Positions 50,501 through 63,010 of a stretch of DNA of 64,000 nucleotides are shown one piece after another. Numbering within the stretch: position 1 is the stretch's first letter; each line of letters begins with the position of its first letter. The translations under genes were made by a program, and so were the position numbers. The notes under the pieces are model-generated. The model did not search any database and was not told the DNA's origin. It saw only the letters and a program-made list of their open reading frames with translations. This DNA comes from Octopus sinensis (Eukaryota), in NCBI RefSeq assembly GCF_006345805.1, contig NC_043013.1:9424001-9488000 (forward strand), given 5' to 3'.

Positions 50501-51400
50501 ATTTTCGTTTTGATCCAGTTTTGTTAGTACTTCTTTTATCATTGTAAGACTTTCCTCAAATTTACCATCATAATTTGAGGCAGCAGGTGGGCTATACAGT
50601 TTGCATATTGCCATATAAATTTGCATTAAATGCAGTCTGAGTGTGTTACAGAGTTAGAGGTATGACATCTTCACGGATGTACAATTCAATTCTACCGTGA
50701 TGTCTTCCCCTTCTGTCTGCTCAGCACATAGCATACATTGACATGTGTATCTCTACGTCATTTATATCTGCAGAGAAAAATGTCTCTGTAAGTGCAATGC
50801 ATATCCCTTGATTGCAAGTAGAAAGATCACTCAGGTGTGCAATGTTTTGATTGCTGTTGCTTTGTAGGCGGCTACTAAATAAGCAATTTATTAAAAGAAT
50901 TGGTGTGATTGCCGGCTTTGCAGAAATGCTGGCCATTGTGAGTCTGTTATTTGTGGCGGTCTTGTATGTGGGTGCGTGCGGCTTAGTTGTGTTTCCAACC
51001 ATGCCAGCTGCTGCACCATCTTTTGTGCCACACCTAAAAAGTTTTGTTGTTCGGTACTTGCAGCTCGCACTGTATCCGCATACAATTTTTTGGTCTTTGT
51101 TGCAGGCATGTAGTGTGGTAAGAATGCCTCCGACCATTGTGTTTTCCTATCTTGCGTTTTGCCATGTGTAACATTCTGCCTGAGCTTTGGATGTGCAAAG
51201 CAGCCGTTCGTCCCCATTTCACCATGCCAGCAACTTTAATATGGAATTTACAAATTGTGTCTGCTTCATGTAACGTCTTGTTTCTATTTCTCTTCCTTTT
51301 TGTTTCTTTTCTTGATACTTTTTCGATACTGGCGTCTCTTTCAACAGGCTTCACAGTTCCTTTACCTTACCCATTCTTTTGGAAGGTGGTGTTGGGCTTA
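47565..51400 (-). pseudogene. ~3.8-kb decayed CR1-group LINE (ORF1 remnant, APE, RT, 3' end)
   Basis: APE: IALTETF..DVEI, KILDLGF..FSDHNMV; RT: VDVIYLDFDKVFDKIDH, VPQETVLGPLL, HTDDTK, VRDLGI; C-terminus LDYCSQLWSP, YSLERRR, FRGPQL..LP..LR; multiple frameshifts. Confidence 0.9.
50046..50430 (-). mobile_element. SINE family C (C1 plus tail T) nested in the LINE, 12-bp TSD
   Basis: CATTC(C/T)TGAGAT at 50034-45 and 50431-42; (ATCC)n tail. Confidence 0.9.
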
Positions 51401-51552
51401 CTTTTCTTGTTTTTTTAAAAGACCGGTACTTATTCTATCGATCTATTTTGTCGAACCGTTCAGTTGTGGGGATATAAACACACCAAAACCAGTTGTCAAG
51501 CGGTGGTGGGGCAAAAACACAAAGATACACATACATACACACGTGCGCGTGC

Positions 51553-51596
<44 letters not shown>

Positions 51597-51634
51597 ATAA
51601 TAATGATAATACAATATCTCGTAATAATAACATA

Positions 51635-51759
51635 TATACTCCGATTTAAAGCGACATTTATATATAAACAATTGACTGAAAAATGATGAGCTAACCCAAA
51701 CCAGAATCGAACCCACAAATCAATGTTTCTATATAAATGTCGCTTTAAATCAGAGTATA
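51635..51759. repeat. Inverted repeat (~40-bp arms, 44-nt loop)
   Basis: TATACTCCGATTTAAAGCGACATTTATATATAAACAATTGA vs the reverse complement of 51720-51759. Confidence 0.8.
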
Positions 51760-51813
51760 CATATATTCAATAATAAATCTCTGAACGCGGTATAGACAGA
51801 AACTGCACGACAA

Positions 51814-51941
51814 TGTGAGGTAAATTTGCCATCTCAATATGGCTGACCACTAAGGGTGGGTGTCCAACCACTACAGTAACAAGCTACAGTAACATCCACC
51901 CTTAGTGGTTAGCCATATTGAGATGGCAACTATACCTCACA
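51814..51941. repeat. Inverted repeat (~50-bp arms) related to the interior of the 4123 Helitron
   Basis: TTGCCATCTCAATATGGCTGACCACTAAGGGTGG / CCACCCTTAGTGGTTAGCCATATTGAGATGGCAA; the right arm matches ~4395-4440. Confidence 0.75.
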
Positions 51942-52029
51942 TATACATATATTATTATAATTATATTATTACATAGTTATTATTGTAGTAACAGACTTCC
52001 ATAGTCGCTTTTCTCGGTAACTTACAAAG

Positions 52030-52185
52030 CCTCCTATTTCCATCTACCAAATCCACTCACAAGGTTTTCGTCGACCCGACGCTTTAGTAGAAGATACTTG
52101 CCCAAGGTGCCACGCAGTGGGACTGAACCCGATACCATATTGTTGGAAAGCTAACTTCTTACCACACAGCCACGCCTGCGCCTAT
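52030..52185 (-). mobile_element. SINE family A head and body; its 3' part lies at ~51415-51545
   Basis: Reverse complement of A head; tail half found ~500 bp to the left. Confidence 0.7.
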
Positions 52186-52680
52186 TCCTCATCGTGGTGA
52201 TGGATAAAAAAAATGCGCGAACAATTTAGGCGCGTCTGGAAGCACAACCGTCTATGCGCGTAAGCGTGTGAGGAATTATGTATGGCTGTTGCTATTGGAT
52301 CTACCAAAATTCCAAGAAGCCATTACATGTTTTTGGCAATGGCTTCTTTCAGTTTCTATTCATGTTACTTTGACCTCGGTTGCTTCGATATTATTTATGG
52401 CCTCTATGAAATGGTATGAATACGTACGTACGTATGTATGTATGTATGTATGTATGTATGTATGTATGTATGTATGTATGTATGTATGTATGTATGTATG
52501 TTATCTATGTATCTTGTAGTGTGCGTGCATGTATGTGCGTATGAATATCATATATATATATAATATATATATATATATATAATGTATGTATGTATGTGTG
52601 AGTATCGCACACACATCTATATGATTTATGCATATATCTATATATGTGTGTGTTTGTGAGTGTGTGTGTGTTATATATAT

Positions 52681-52732
<52 letters not shown>

Positions 52733-53435
52733 ATATATATATATATATAATATTATATATATTATAATATATATATAATACATACAAGATAATTTATGTT
52801 ATGCATACACATGCACACACATGCACACACACGGGCACATAGATACGTAGATACCCGTATGGTACAAATGAATAACATTAGGGTACATATAAATGCTGAG
52901 AGAAAAAATATAAGGAAAACACACCTCATACGACAATTACGACAAAAACGTATACGAATACACACATACACACACAAGCGCAAACACACACAGACGTTTA
53001 CACACACACACACACACACACATATACATACATATGTATACACACGCTCGCGCACACACACACACACACCATATATACACGTGCACCCGTATATACACAA
53101 TAAAATCAAAGATTACTTTCAGAGGCATCGTAGACGGGAAGCTGATCAGTTCATGATTTTTTATGAGACAAAACACTTTGTTGATGAATATTTAGAACGA
53201 ACCAATTGTCTGTTAATATATGGAGAAGGTGGGGGAGGAGAAGGATTGGAGAAGGAGGAGGAGGGCGGATGGGAGCGGTGGTGAGGGGTTTCTCCATTGT
53301 CGCTGGAGGTCATGTCCGTTTGTAGTCATAAAACCTAGTAAATACTTCTAGATGGATCCTCTTGGTGTATTTGTGTGTCCGAGTGTACATGTGTGTGTGT
53401 GTGTGTGTGTGTGTTGTGTGTGTGCGTGCTTGAAG

Positions 53436-53505
<70 letters not shown>

Positions 53506-53589
53506 ACGGGTGTTTTAAAATGCGTATACATATATACTGCAATTTATTCATTCTGTATGCATATTCATGCATTTATGCAACACTAAGTG

Positions 53590-53590
53590 C

Positions 53591-53677
<87 letters not shown>

Positions 53678-53745
53678 GTCTGTCTGTCTGTCCTTCTGTC
53701 TGTCCGTCCGTCCGTCTGTCTGTCCGTCTGTCTATTCGTCCGTCC

Positions 53746-53797
<52 letters not shown>

Positions 53798-53863
53798 CTA
53801 TCTGTCTGTCTGTCTGTCCTTCTGTCTGTCCGTCCGTCCGTCTGTCTGTCCGTCTGTCTATTC

Positions 53864-53924
<61 letters not shown>

Positions 53925-53950
53925 TCTATCTGTCTTTTTTCTATCTATCT
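53590..53950. repeat. (TATC)/(TGTC)/(CGTC)n array with an internal ~120-bp duplication
   Basis: CTGTCCTTCTGTCTGTCCGTCCGTCCGTCTGTCTGTCCGTCTGTCTATTCGTC at ~53688 and ~53813. Confidence 0.9.
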
Positions 53951-54112
53951 ATCTTTATATATATATTGATGCATATGTATATGCTTATACATACATATCT
54001 ATATGTATATGCATGTTTATATATATCATATATAAGCATCAATATATACACACACACACACACAACATATATGTATATATATAATTAATAACGTCAAAGG
54101 GTAATCAGATTA

Positions 54113-54209
<97 letters not shown>

Positions 54210-54210
54210 T

Positions 54211-54262
<52 letters not shown>

Positions 54263-54323
54263 AAGGGAGAGCAAGAAGGAGAGAGAAAGAAAAAGTGATT
54301 GAGAAACTAATGCACAAATACAC

Positions 54324-54369
<46 letters not shown>

Positions 54370-55171
54370 AGGTACGTGCATACGTACACACAAATATACA
54401 AAATACGTTCATACTCATACACACATATATACATCGTTACACACACACACACACACGCGCGCGTATATACATAGTCACATGCATGCATAAAACGAGGACT
54501 ATTAATTCAGAACTGTAGAAACGGTGTGAATCAGTACAATATAGTTTGATAGTCAATGAAACGACTTTCTTCTCTTCTCTCTTAGTAAGCATTTAACGAA
54601 GGATTCACTCCTTTTATGTATACAGCGTTATGCTTTCATTCCCAGATTCTGTCTTTCAATTTCGCACGTTAACCCGCCTCTTCCTTTTGCTCTCGCCACC
54701 TTTTTCCTGTATATTCAACCACCAACATATCATATAATGTCTACCGCGCGCGGCGTCCTTTTACGCGCACATAATTATAGTCTCCCTCTCCTATTTTTAC
54801 GAGCCTTTTCCGTCTAAACGTCTTCACCTGAATCAGTCATCTGTTATATATTCCATACGCAGTTACTTCCTCTTTATACCTCCTCTTATAGCGTTCGCCA
54901 CTTAGTCAATCTTTTACTGATTTGTCCGCCATTAAACTTTAATTCTTTCCTTAGATATACCTTGAATTAACTTCCACACACAAGCTTCATTCAACTTGTT
55001 AAGTATTCTTCTGATATAGATAGGTAAGTTAGTGTTAACGTATTAAAAGTTATAAACTTTTAATAAGAAAAAAATACAATACAATACAATAACGACTAGA
55101 AATAAATATGAAGTGGGGAAATAACTAAAAATCTCTTTTCTTCACGTGTGTAAGAGAGACAGCAAGAACAC

Positions 55172-55239
55172 CATCGTCATCATCGTCATCATTATAGTCG
55201 TCGTCGTCATCGCCGTCGTCGTCGTCGTCGTCGTCGTCG

Positions 55240-55297
<58 letters not shown>

Positions 55298-55379
55298 CAT
55301 CATCGTCGTCGTCGTCATCATCATCATCATCATCATCATCATCACCATCATCATCATCATCGTCGTCGTCGTCATCATC

Positions 55380-55411
<32 letters not shown>

Positions 55412-55524
55412 CATCATCGTCGTCGTCGTCATCATCATCATCATCATCATCATCATCACCATCATCATCATCATCGTCGTCGTCGTCGTCATCATCGTCA
55501 TCATCATCGTCATCATCATCATCA

Positions 55525-55593
<69 letters not shown>

Positions 55594-55760
55594 ACATTTT
55601 TAAACGGCCATGTTCCATGTTGGCATGGCGTGGACGATTTGACAGGAACCGATGGATTCGAGCATTGCATCGTGTTCCGGTGTCTGTTTGGTTTGGTTTC
55701 TGCGGTCGGATGTCCTTCCTAACGCCAACGACTTTACAGAGAGCACTAGGTGCTGGTTTT
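55172..55760 (-). mobile_element. Retroposon 3' end (55595-55760) with a greatly expanded (GAT/GAC)n tail (55172-55593)
   Basis: Non-repetitive ..CCATGCCAACATGGAACATGGCCGTTTAAAAATGTT leads directly into ~420 bp of GAT/GAC; RTE-type origin is my inference. Confidence 0.55.
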
Positions 55761-55794
55761 CGTTGCTCCACCATTCGTCATCACCTCCTACAAC

Positions 55795-55895
55795 CCCCAC
55801 CACTACCACCATCATCACCATGATCATCATTGTAATTGCTGTCCTTTTCGTCATCGTCATCGTCCTCCTCCTCCTCCTCCTCCTCCTCCTCCTCC

Positions 55896-55930
<35 letters not shown>

Positions 55931-56225
55931 TTCAGCTTCATCATCATCCTCATCATCATCTTAACAATCGCCACCATCGTCTTTGCTGTCCTTTTTCTCA
56001 TCATCATCATCACCATCATCGTCGTCGTCGTCGTCGTCATCATCATCATCATCAGCTGCAGCAGCAGCAGCGTTATTGCTGTCCTTTTCATCATCGTCAT
56101 CGTTCATCATCATCATCTTCATCATCATCTCGTCATCATCACCATCGTCATCATCATCTTCATCATCATTCACCACCACCGCCGTCACCACCACCACCAC
56201 CACCACCACCACCACCAGCATCGCT
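55795..56225. repeat. Trinucleotide mosaic with three TTGCTGTCCTTTT anchors
   Basis: Anchors at ~55836, ~55983 and ~56076. Confidence 0.8.
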
Positions 56226-56409
56226 ATCATTATTCTATTATCCTTCGACATGGTTGAACAACCAATCCTAACCGATCGGGATTCACAGTACGGGCTGAAC
56301 TATTCACCCTATCGATCACTGAATACAAAACGTGGCCGGCGAGTCCTCCGTTCAGGTGATCTTTCTGAGTCACCATCTCTCCCTTGTAAGCCAATCCGTT
56401 GCAAGGTTA

Positions 56410-56545
56410 CCCATTTACAGCTGAGTGGACTGGAGCAACGTGTAACGAAGTGTTTTGTGCAAGGTCACAACGCACAGCCGGTCTGCGAATCGAAACCATG
56501 ATCTCGCGATTGTGAGTGCAACACCCTAACCACTAGACCATTTGC
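56410..56545 (-). mobile_element. SINE family C head plus C2 body fragment
   Basis: CAGCTGAGTGGACTGGAGCAACGTG..GAATCGAAACC..CCCTAACCACTAGACCA. Confidence 0.7.
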
Positions 56546-56871
56546 TTAGTGGTAGGTGAAGACTTGTGTGAGGCCATGCTGTTTGCCAGACTAAGGTATT
56601 CTTCAAATGAATGGAGGTTTATCCTTGAAGATAAGGGGTTAGATTACGAGAGAAGGGTTCAGAACAGAACAAGTTTCATGCCGAAGAGTAGCTACAGAAT
56701 TACACTAAAGATTCTGTTGTGCCTAGGGAGAGTAATTTTCTTTTAATGTATGTGCGTATATGTGTGATATGTGTGTGTATGAGTATGTGCATATGTGTGT
56801 ATGTATGTGTGTGTGCATATGTGTATGTGTGTGTGCGTGTGTGCGTGTGTGTGAAATACCCAAACATTTAA

Positions 56872-56973
56872 AATGTAACACACTCACCGGTAAAATTTCC
56901 ACCTATTTCTTATTTTTTTAGGAAAATAAAAATAAGAAATAAGTGAAAATTTTACCGGCGAGTGTGTTACGTT
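56872..56973. mobile_element. ~100-bp palindromic MITE-like element
   Basis: GTAACACACTCACCGGTAAAATTTCCACCTATTTCTTATTTT / AAAATAAGAAATAAGTGAAAATTTTACCGGCGAGTGTGTTAC, about 3 mismatches. Confidence 0.7.
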
Positions 56974-57482
56974 ATAAGGCACAAAAAGAAAATGACTCTC
57001 CCCAGACACAACAGAATATGCTTCAACACACGAACTCATATAAAGAATCTTGCAAACCAAATCCCAAAACGAAATGCACTAAAGATAATCTAGGAGTAAC
57101 TAAGCTTGATATGGAAAGAGAGGTAAAAATAGCGGTGGACCCTCAAGGCACGAGGTTTAGACGTGAAGGGTAGAAGTGAGCTGGGGAAAGAAGAATAAAG
57201 AGTATTGATGAGGAGAGATTGCAACTGCGTGTGGGGAGAATGAGAGATGGATAGATATGAGGGAATGGACGAGGGGGTAATGTTATCAACGAAATAGCCA
57301 AACAGTGAAAGTTTCACTAAGTAAATAAATATAAAAGCTTTTTTTGTACGTTGGTTGGTAGGAATTGTTTTTAGTATTTGCCAGTAAAAATGAAAATATC
57401 TTTCACAATTCGTTGATTAATCTTGATTTGGCTTTTTTTTTCTCAATGATACATGTATTAAATATGCTAACACTAATTTGCA

Positions 57483-57795
57483 GAGGCGCAATGTCCCAGT
57501 GGTTAGGACAGCGGACCCGCGGTCGGAGGATCGCGGTTTCGATTCCCAGACCGGGCGTTGTGTGTGTTTATTGAGCGAAAACACCTAAAGCTCCACAAGG
57601 CTCCGGCAGGGGGTGGTGGCGACCCCTGTTGTACTCTTTCGCCCCAACTCCCTCTCACTCTTTCTTCCTGTTTCTTGAGTGACGCTGCGATGGACTGGCG
57701 TCCCATCCAGCTGGGGGAGGGGGGAACACATACGCCACAGAAACCGGGAAACCAGGCCCATGAGTCTGTTTAGGCTTGAAAGGGGGCGCATAAAA
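57483..57795 (+). mobile_element. SINE family C (C1 plus tail V)
   Basis: Matches the 23958 copy. Confidence 0.85.
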
Positions 57796-58149
57796 AAATA
57801 AATAAAACACTAATTTACACCGTAGATGAAATTTACACTGACAGTGACGTTTTAGACTTATTCAATTTCTCAACATTTTCATTTTCCTATGCTACAAAAT
57901 GTAGAATCTTGTACATTTTTCATCTGGACTTTTGCTACCACTAATTCAATAAGAACGATGTAGTCTACGTTTTGCATCACCTGGTCCAGGAATCGAAACC
58001 ACAATTTTATGATCATGAGCACAAAAGCTTAACTACTGAGCCACGCACTAGCGTTTTTCAGATGTACGACTCCTTAAAGATTCAGATAGGGCTTCACTTT
58101 TCTCTGATTAAAAAAATAAACATATATAGAATAGATAGCAGCACTTAAG

Positions 58150-58515
58150 ATTGACTCTCTTTACTCTTTTTACTCTTTTACTTGTTTCAGTCATTTGACT
58201 GCGGCCATGCTGGAGCACCGCCTTTAGTCGAGCAACTCGACCCCGGGACTTATTCTTTGTAAGCCCAGTACTTATTCTATCGGTCTCTTTTGCCGAACCG
58301 CTAAGTGACGGGGACGTAAACACACCAGCATCGGTTGTCAAGCAATGCTAGGGAGACAAACACAGACACACATACACACATATATATACATATATATATA
58401 TACATATATACGACAGGCTTCTTTCAGTTTCCGTCTACCAAATCCACTCACAAGGCATTGGTCGGCCCGGGGCTATAGCAGAAGACACTTGCTCAAGGTG
58501 CCACGCAGTGGGACA
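58150..58515 (-). mobile_element. SINE family A, head truncated
   Basis: (TACTCTTT)n tail and body in reverse complement. Confidence 0.85.
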
Positions 58516-58929
58516 GCATCACAGAAAACTATAGAGGGGCTCCCCTTATACATACGATAGCATAAACATCGTAACCAAACAGTTAGCTAGGGCTTTATGT
58601 ATTAGTCGATAGAATAGAAACCTTAGCTAAGAAAACTGCATTTATTACCATCAAGTATTATGAGTCGAACTTCGCTTCCAACCCCGAAGTACCTCCTAGT
58701 TAACCCAGCTAAATCGGAAATTGTGTTGGCGAATAAACATATTTTGAGGAAAATAAATGAGGTCATAAGAATGCATTCCGTTTCTCCTTACGGCTGAATA
58801 CCAATAAAATAAACCAGGATAGAGGCGGAGCAAGTTTCACCCAATTCGTTATAATGGACTTTTAGCCACCTACATCGCAACGGTTATTAGAAAGGGATTT
58901 TATGAGAAAGGGCATTATATTTTACAGAG

Positions 58930-59240
58930 TGCGGAAGCGCTTGGCCTAGTAGTTAGAGCAGTGGACTCGCGGTCGAGGGATCGCGGGTTCGAATCTCAGA
59001 CTAGGCGATGTGTGTGTTTATGAACGAAACACCTAAGCTCCATGCGGCTCCGACAGAAGGTAATGACGAACTTCTGCTGACTCTTTCGCCACAACTTTCT
59101 CACACTCTTCCCTCCTGCATCTTGCAGCTCACCTGCGACGGACCGGCGTCCTGTCCAAGTGGGGAACCTATACGCCAATGAAACCGGGAAACCGGCCCTT
59201 ATGAGCTAGGCATGGCTCGAGAAGGAACGAACAACAACAT
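58930..59240 (+). mobile_element. SINE family C variant (C1-like plus tail V)
   Basis: GGACTCGCGGTCG..GGGTTCGAATCTC; CTGCGACGGACCGGCGTCCTGTCC; GAAACCGGGAAACCGGCCC. Confidence 0.75.
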
Positions 59241-59599
59241 ATTTTATAACGTAACCTGAATACTAAAAGATTAAGGACCTTATCATCTAAATTTCAAGAA
59301 ATTATGGATGCTGTAAGATATCGCTATCAAAACCATAAATTTCTTCCTAGGGAAAATTTTGAATATTAGTGAGGATTTCAAGTCTTTCTATATGGAATTT
59401 GGAACTGAATATCAATCAAGTTCTGCTTTTTCTTTATAAGCTGTGCACGGGACTTTTATATCGAGGTTGGGTTTTGTATGGAATTGTTATGTCTGGAGAC
59501 ATTGCCATTTTATTTCCAAGAACATGGAAGTAATTTGGTGGAGAAGTTTGAAAAGTGATGAATACTGCTGCCGGTTCGTAAGATGTGTTCAGCCATTTT

Positions 59600-60120
59600 G
59601 AATGAATTGAATCCCATGCAAACTGGCTGCAGTGTGTTGTTAGCGGCCGAGACAGTCAAGAAAAGGAGCTTACGTTGAAAACACTGGCGTATAAAAAAAA
59701 ATTCCGCAACAAAATCCAGTCCTTCTTGCGATGTGGTGTTTTGTATGCCTTACTGACTCTGAGAGCTATGCCAGTAGAACCCAAGCTCCAGGCAGGGTCT
59801 CTCATTCTGAGCAGGTCAAAAGATAGAGGCCAGAATAATATGGAGCACTTCTTACCAGAAGGAAAAATGGGTTTACGTTGTACCAAAAACCCTATCTAAA
59901 AAAGGTAAAGTTAGAGAAGCATTGATGACAATTGATGACTAACAAGATCTGGGAATGGAAGGCTTTCTCCAAGGAAAACATAACCCATAAGATATACAGA
60001 AGAGCAGAGGCCCTAAAAATAGCTGGAGGCGGAATACTAAGGCAGGGTTAAAAAAGGGATTCAAGTGGAGAGAAGCGGAATAAAGAAGTCCAGAATTGAG
60101 AAGAGTGAAGAAAACTCGTA
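59600..60120 (+). pseudogene. Possible RTE-like LINE 3' remnant
   Basis: RRKKWVYV..KTL and RGPKNSWRR resemble RRKW.WIGHTL and GRPKNTWRR; heavily decayed. Confidence 0.35.
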
Positions 60121-60479
60121 GAGAACGAAGGGCTAAAAAAAGAAAGAAAAAAAGAAAGTGAGTGAGTGAGTGAGTGAGGGAATGAGTGAGTGAATAAGTA
60201 AATAGTTAAATAAATAATAAAGTAATACAGGAAAAAAAATTCACTTAATTTCCCCTTGTTTGTGCAAAAGATCAAAGGACCGTTCGTTATCGATCGTCGA
60301 AAGAAAGAATTGATAATTATCTATCAGAGCTTCAGAATAGATTGGCAAAGTACATTCCGATGGAGGTTTTTGATGACTGGGATCCAGTAACCGTTCTTAA
60401 CGGTTATGGAAACTGGTGAAAGCCTGAACCCTTTTGTTACCATATTTCTGTTGAAATATGCTGCCTTCATTTCACTTTT

Positions 60480-60700
60480 GTATGGTGTGCTGAAATTTTT
60501 CAAGCACAAGATCCAAATTTTGAATGAAGTACAAAATTTTCTACTACCATAACAAATGCTTCTGCGTGTTACCGAAAAATTTATAAAGAGCCAAAGAAAA
60601 AAAAAAGCTTCTTCTAAGGAAACAACTGTAGACTTGTTTTTTTTAAAAAGAAAGGTACAAATCCGTCTACGAGTACTTGTGAATCGGCATCGCATCTACA
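60480..60700 (+). pseudogene. pogo/Tigger transposase C-terminal remnant
   Basis: FQAQDPNFE*STKFSTTITNASACYRKIYKEPKKKKASSKETTVDLFF resembles the Tigger tail DPN.ER..KV...NA..CYR.IY.EKK...Q..LD.FF. Confidence 0.55.
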
Positions 60701-61473
60701 AATGATGGTGTACACGAATCTAGTCCGGGTGAAAGTGATTCAGAAAATGGCTATAATAATAATATTTTTTATAAATGATCTCGATATTCTTTTTACTTTA
60801 CATAAAATATTCTTTACATTCTGCTATTGTTTTATTACCATTTATTTACGAGTATTATAAATTTTATAGGTAAAATATTTTTCTGGTAACGAATTACAAT
60901 TTATAAACATCGCTGTTATGAAAAATTATTGCTCTGCTTTACGAGTTTTCGTTTTATGAACGTTTTCCGGGAGCAAACTAACTCGTATATCAAAGCATTA
61001 CCGTGCTTGTGCATTATTTTATCGATCCTGAAAAGATGAAAGGTAAAGATGATCTCGGCGTGATTTTAACTCAGAACGTAAAAAGTGGAAAGAAATAACA
61101 CCAGGCAATTGTCCCGACACCTCAACGTTGTTGCCTCTTCACACCCTCAATTTTCACTATAATAAAAAAGGATGTACGTGAAACTACTTCAAATTAAACT
61201 TCACCCACCTTTGGATAATACCATGACTGAAGATTTAAGGTGGTCTCCACACCGATTCGACTTGCCTTCAAAGGGATGCAGATTAACAAAAGATTGAGAA
61301 GTACACCTTAAGTATGTGAATTAACTTTTGAGAAAACGATAACCTGAAATTATTCTCCCGCTTAATGATTATCTCCCCTCTTTATGAGAATCAGTAACAA
61401 TCTCTGTGAAAAAAATATATATTTGCGACAGAGGCAGGATTAGTTAATACCGCGAGACAATATTTATCCCCAC

Positions 61474-61872
61474 AAAGGCGGCGAGCTGGCAGAAACATTA
61501 GCAGACCGGGCGAAATACGTAGCCGTATTTCGTCTACCATTACGTTTTGAGTTCAAATTCCGCCGAGGTCGACTTTGCCATTCATCCTTTCGGGGTCGAT
61601 TAAATAAGTACCAGTTACGCACTGGGGTCGATATAATCGACTTAATCCGTTTGTCTGTCCTTGTTTGTCCTCTCTGTGTTTAGCTCCTTGTGGGTAGTAA
61701 AGAAATAGGTATTTCGTCTGTCTTTACGTTCTGAGTTCAAATTCCGCCGAGGTCGACTTTGCCTTTCATCCTTTCGGGGTTGATCAATTAAGTACCAGTT
61801 GCGTACTGGGGTCGATGTAATTGACTGGCCCCCTCCCTCAAAATTTCGGGCCATGTGTCTAGAGCAGAAAAG
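61474..61872 (+). mobile_element. SINE family B dimer ending in the alternative tail, 15-bp TSD
   Basis: AATATTTATCC(C/T)CAC at 61459-73 and 61873-87; body restarts at ~61710. Confidence 0.85.
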
Positions 61873-62487
61873 AATATTTATCCTCACTTAAACGTGGATG
61901 TTCTTTTGGAACAAACCATACTGCGGCAGATACCTTGAGAAAACTATCATATTGGATTTCGGTGTACAATAAATATAAGGAAGAGTATATTTTGCACCAA
62001 AAAGCCAATATGAGAGTTTCTCTCGTGGTATCTACCGTTCAGAAAGAGCATCGACATTTAACTGGGGATCCCTGTGACGTTTTTGGTTTCTCGCATTTAT
62101 TTTTGCTACTGTGTACGGCTTTAGATACACCGTCGATTAAGTTATTTAAAAGATTATATGACGGATTGATTCTCGTAGTAACAGACAGGAATCCTATTGA
62201 GCGCGAAGAGTGGTGGTGGTTTTAACAGTAATCTTTCATCCAACTCCATGCTATGGGACCAGAATGTAAAGGTACGCACCTGTAATGAGGCCTCGGGAAC
62301 CTTTTTAGTCAGAAGTGATCATTTTAAGATAAGTTGGTATTGTTTAGGTCCGGATAACAATTAGCGAGCAGAGCTATGATCAAAGACATTCCAGCTGTGT
62401 CTAACCCAACTGGTATGTTTTTCTCCCAAACTACATTATCTGTTATCTTTATTTTCTTAAATACGGTTGTGCATATAGTTTGAAGTG

Positions 62488-62735
62488 GAGGCACATGGTT
62501 TAGTGGCTAGGGTGTCAGCACCATGATCGTAAGATTGTGGTTTCGATTCCTGGACCTGGCGACGCGTTGTGTTCTTGAGCAAAACACTTCATTTCACGTT
62601 GCTCCAGTCCACTCAGCTGGCAAAAATGAGTAACGCTGCGATGGACTGGCGTCCCGTCCAGCTGGGGAACACATACGCCATAGAAACCGGGAAACCGGGC
62701 CCATGAGCCTGGCTAGGCTTTAAAAGGGCGCATTT
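62488..62735 (+). mobile_element. SINE family C (C2 plus tail V)
   Basis: GGAGGCACATGGTTTAGTGG..GGTTTCGATTCC; CCACTCAGCTGGCAAAAATGAG|TAACGCTGCGATGGACTGGCGTCCC. Confidence 0.85.
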
Positions 62736-62751
62736 ATTTATTATTATATAG

Positions 62752-63010
62752 TTTGAAGATGATTTGGATGTTATTTTCTAGCGGGAATATGGCGAGCGAC
62801 TGATTCTTAAGTAGATCTTTCACTTTCTTAAAGACGGCCTTGAGGGTGACTTGGCTGCTATTTTCCATCGGAAAGATGGTGAGCGACCGATTCTTGAGTA
62901 GCTCTTTCACTTTCTTAAGGATAGTCTTGTATGTAATTTGAGGGTGATTTGGCTGCTATTTCCAGCGGGAAGGTGGCGAGCGACCGCTTGTGAAGTAGCA
63001 CTTTCATTAG
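62752..63010. repeat. Three diverged tandem copies of a ~90-bp unit
   Basis: GA..GTGA.TTGG.TG.TATTT.C.AGCGG.A...GG.GAGCGAC..TT....AGTAG..CTTTCA occurs three times. Confidence 0.75.

Noticed and set aside
55125-55670. Poly-Asp ORF resembling an acidic biomineralisation protein
   Set aside because: GAT/GAC microsatellite tail of a retroposon end; no signal peptide or other coding evidence
57483-57560. tRNA gene (Arg-like) at SINE C heads, and tRNA-like heads of families A and B
   Set aside because: A/B boxes are present but there is no complete acceptor stem; each continues into a SINE body, often with TSDs
60324-60695. 123-aa minus-strand ORF
   Set aside because: Antisense to the Tigger-like remnant; no protein features of its own
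61935-62225. 96-aa ORF in unique-looking sequence
   Set aside because: Non-ATG start, no recognisable motif, length expected by chance
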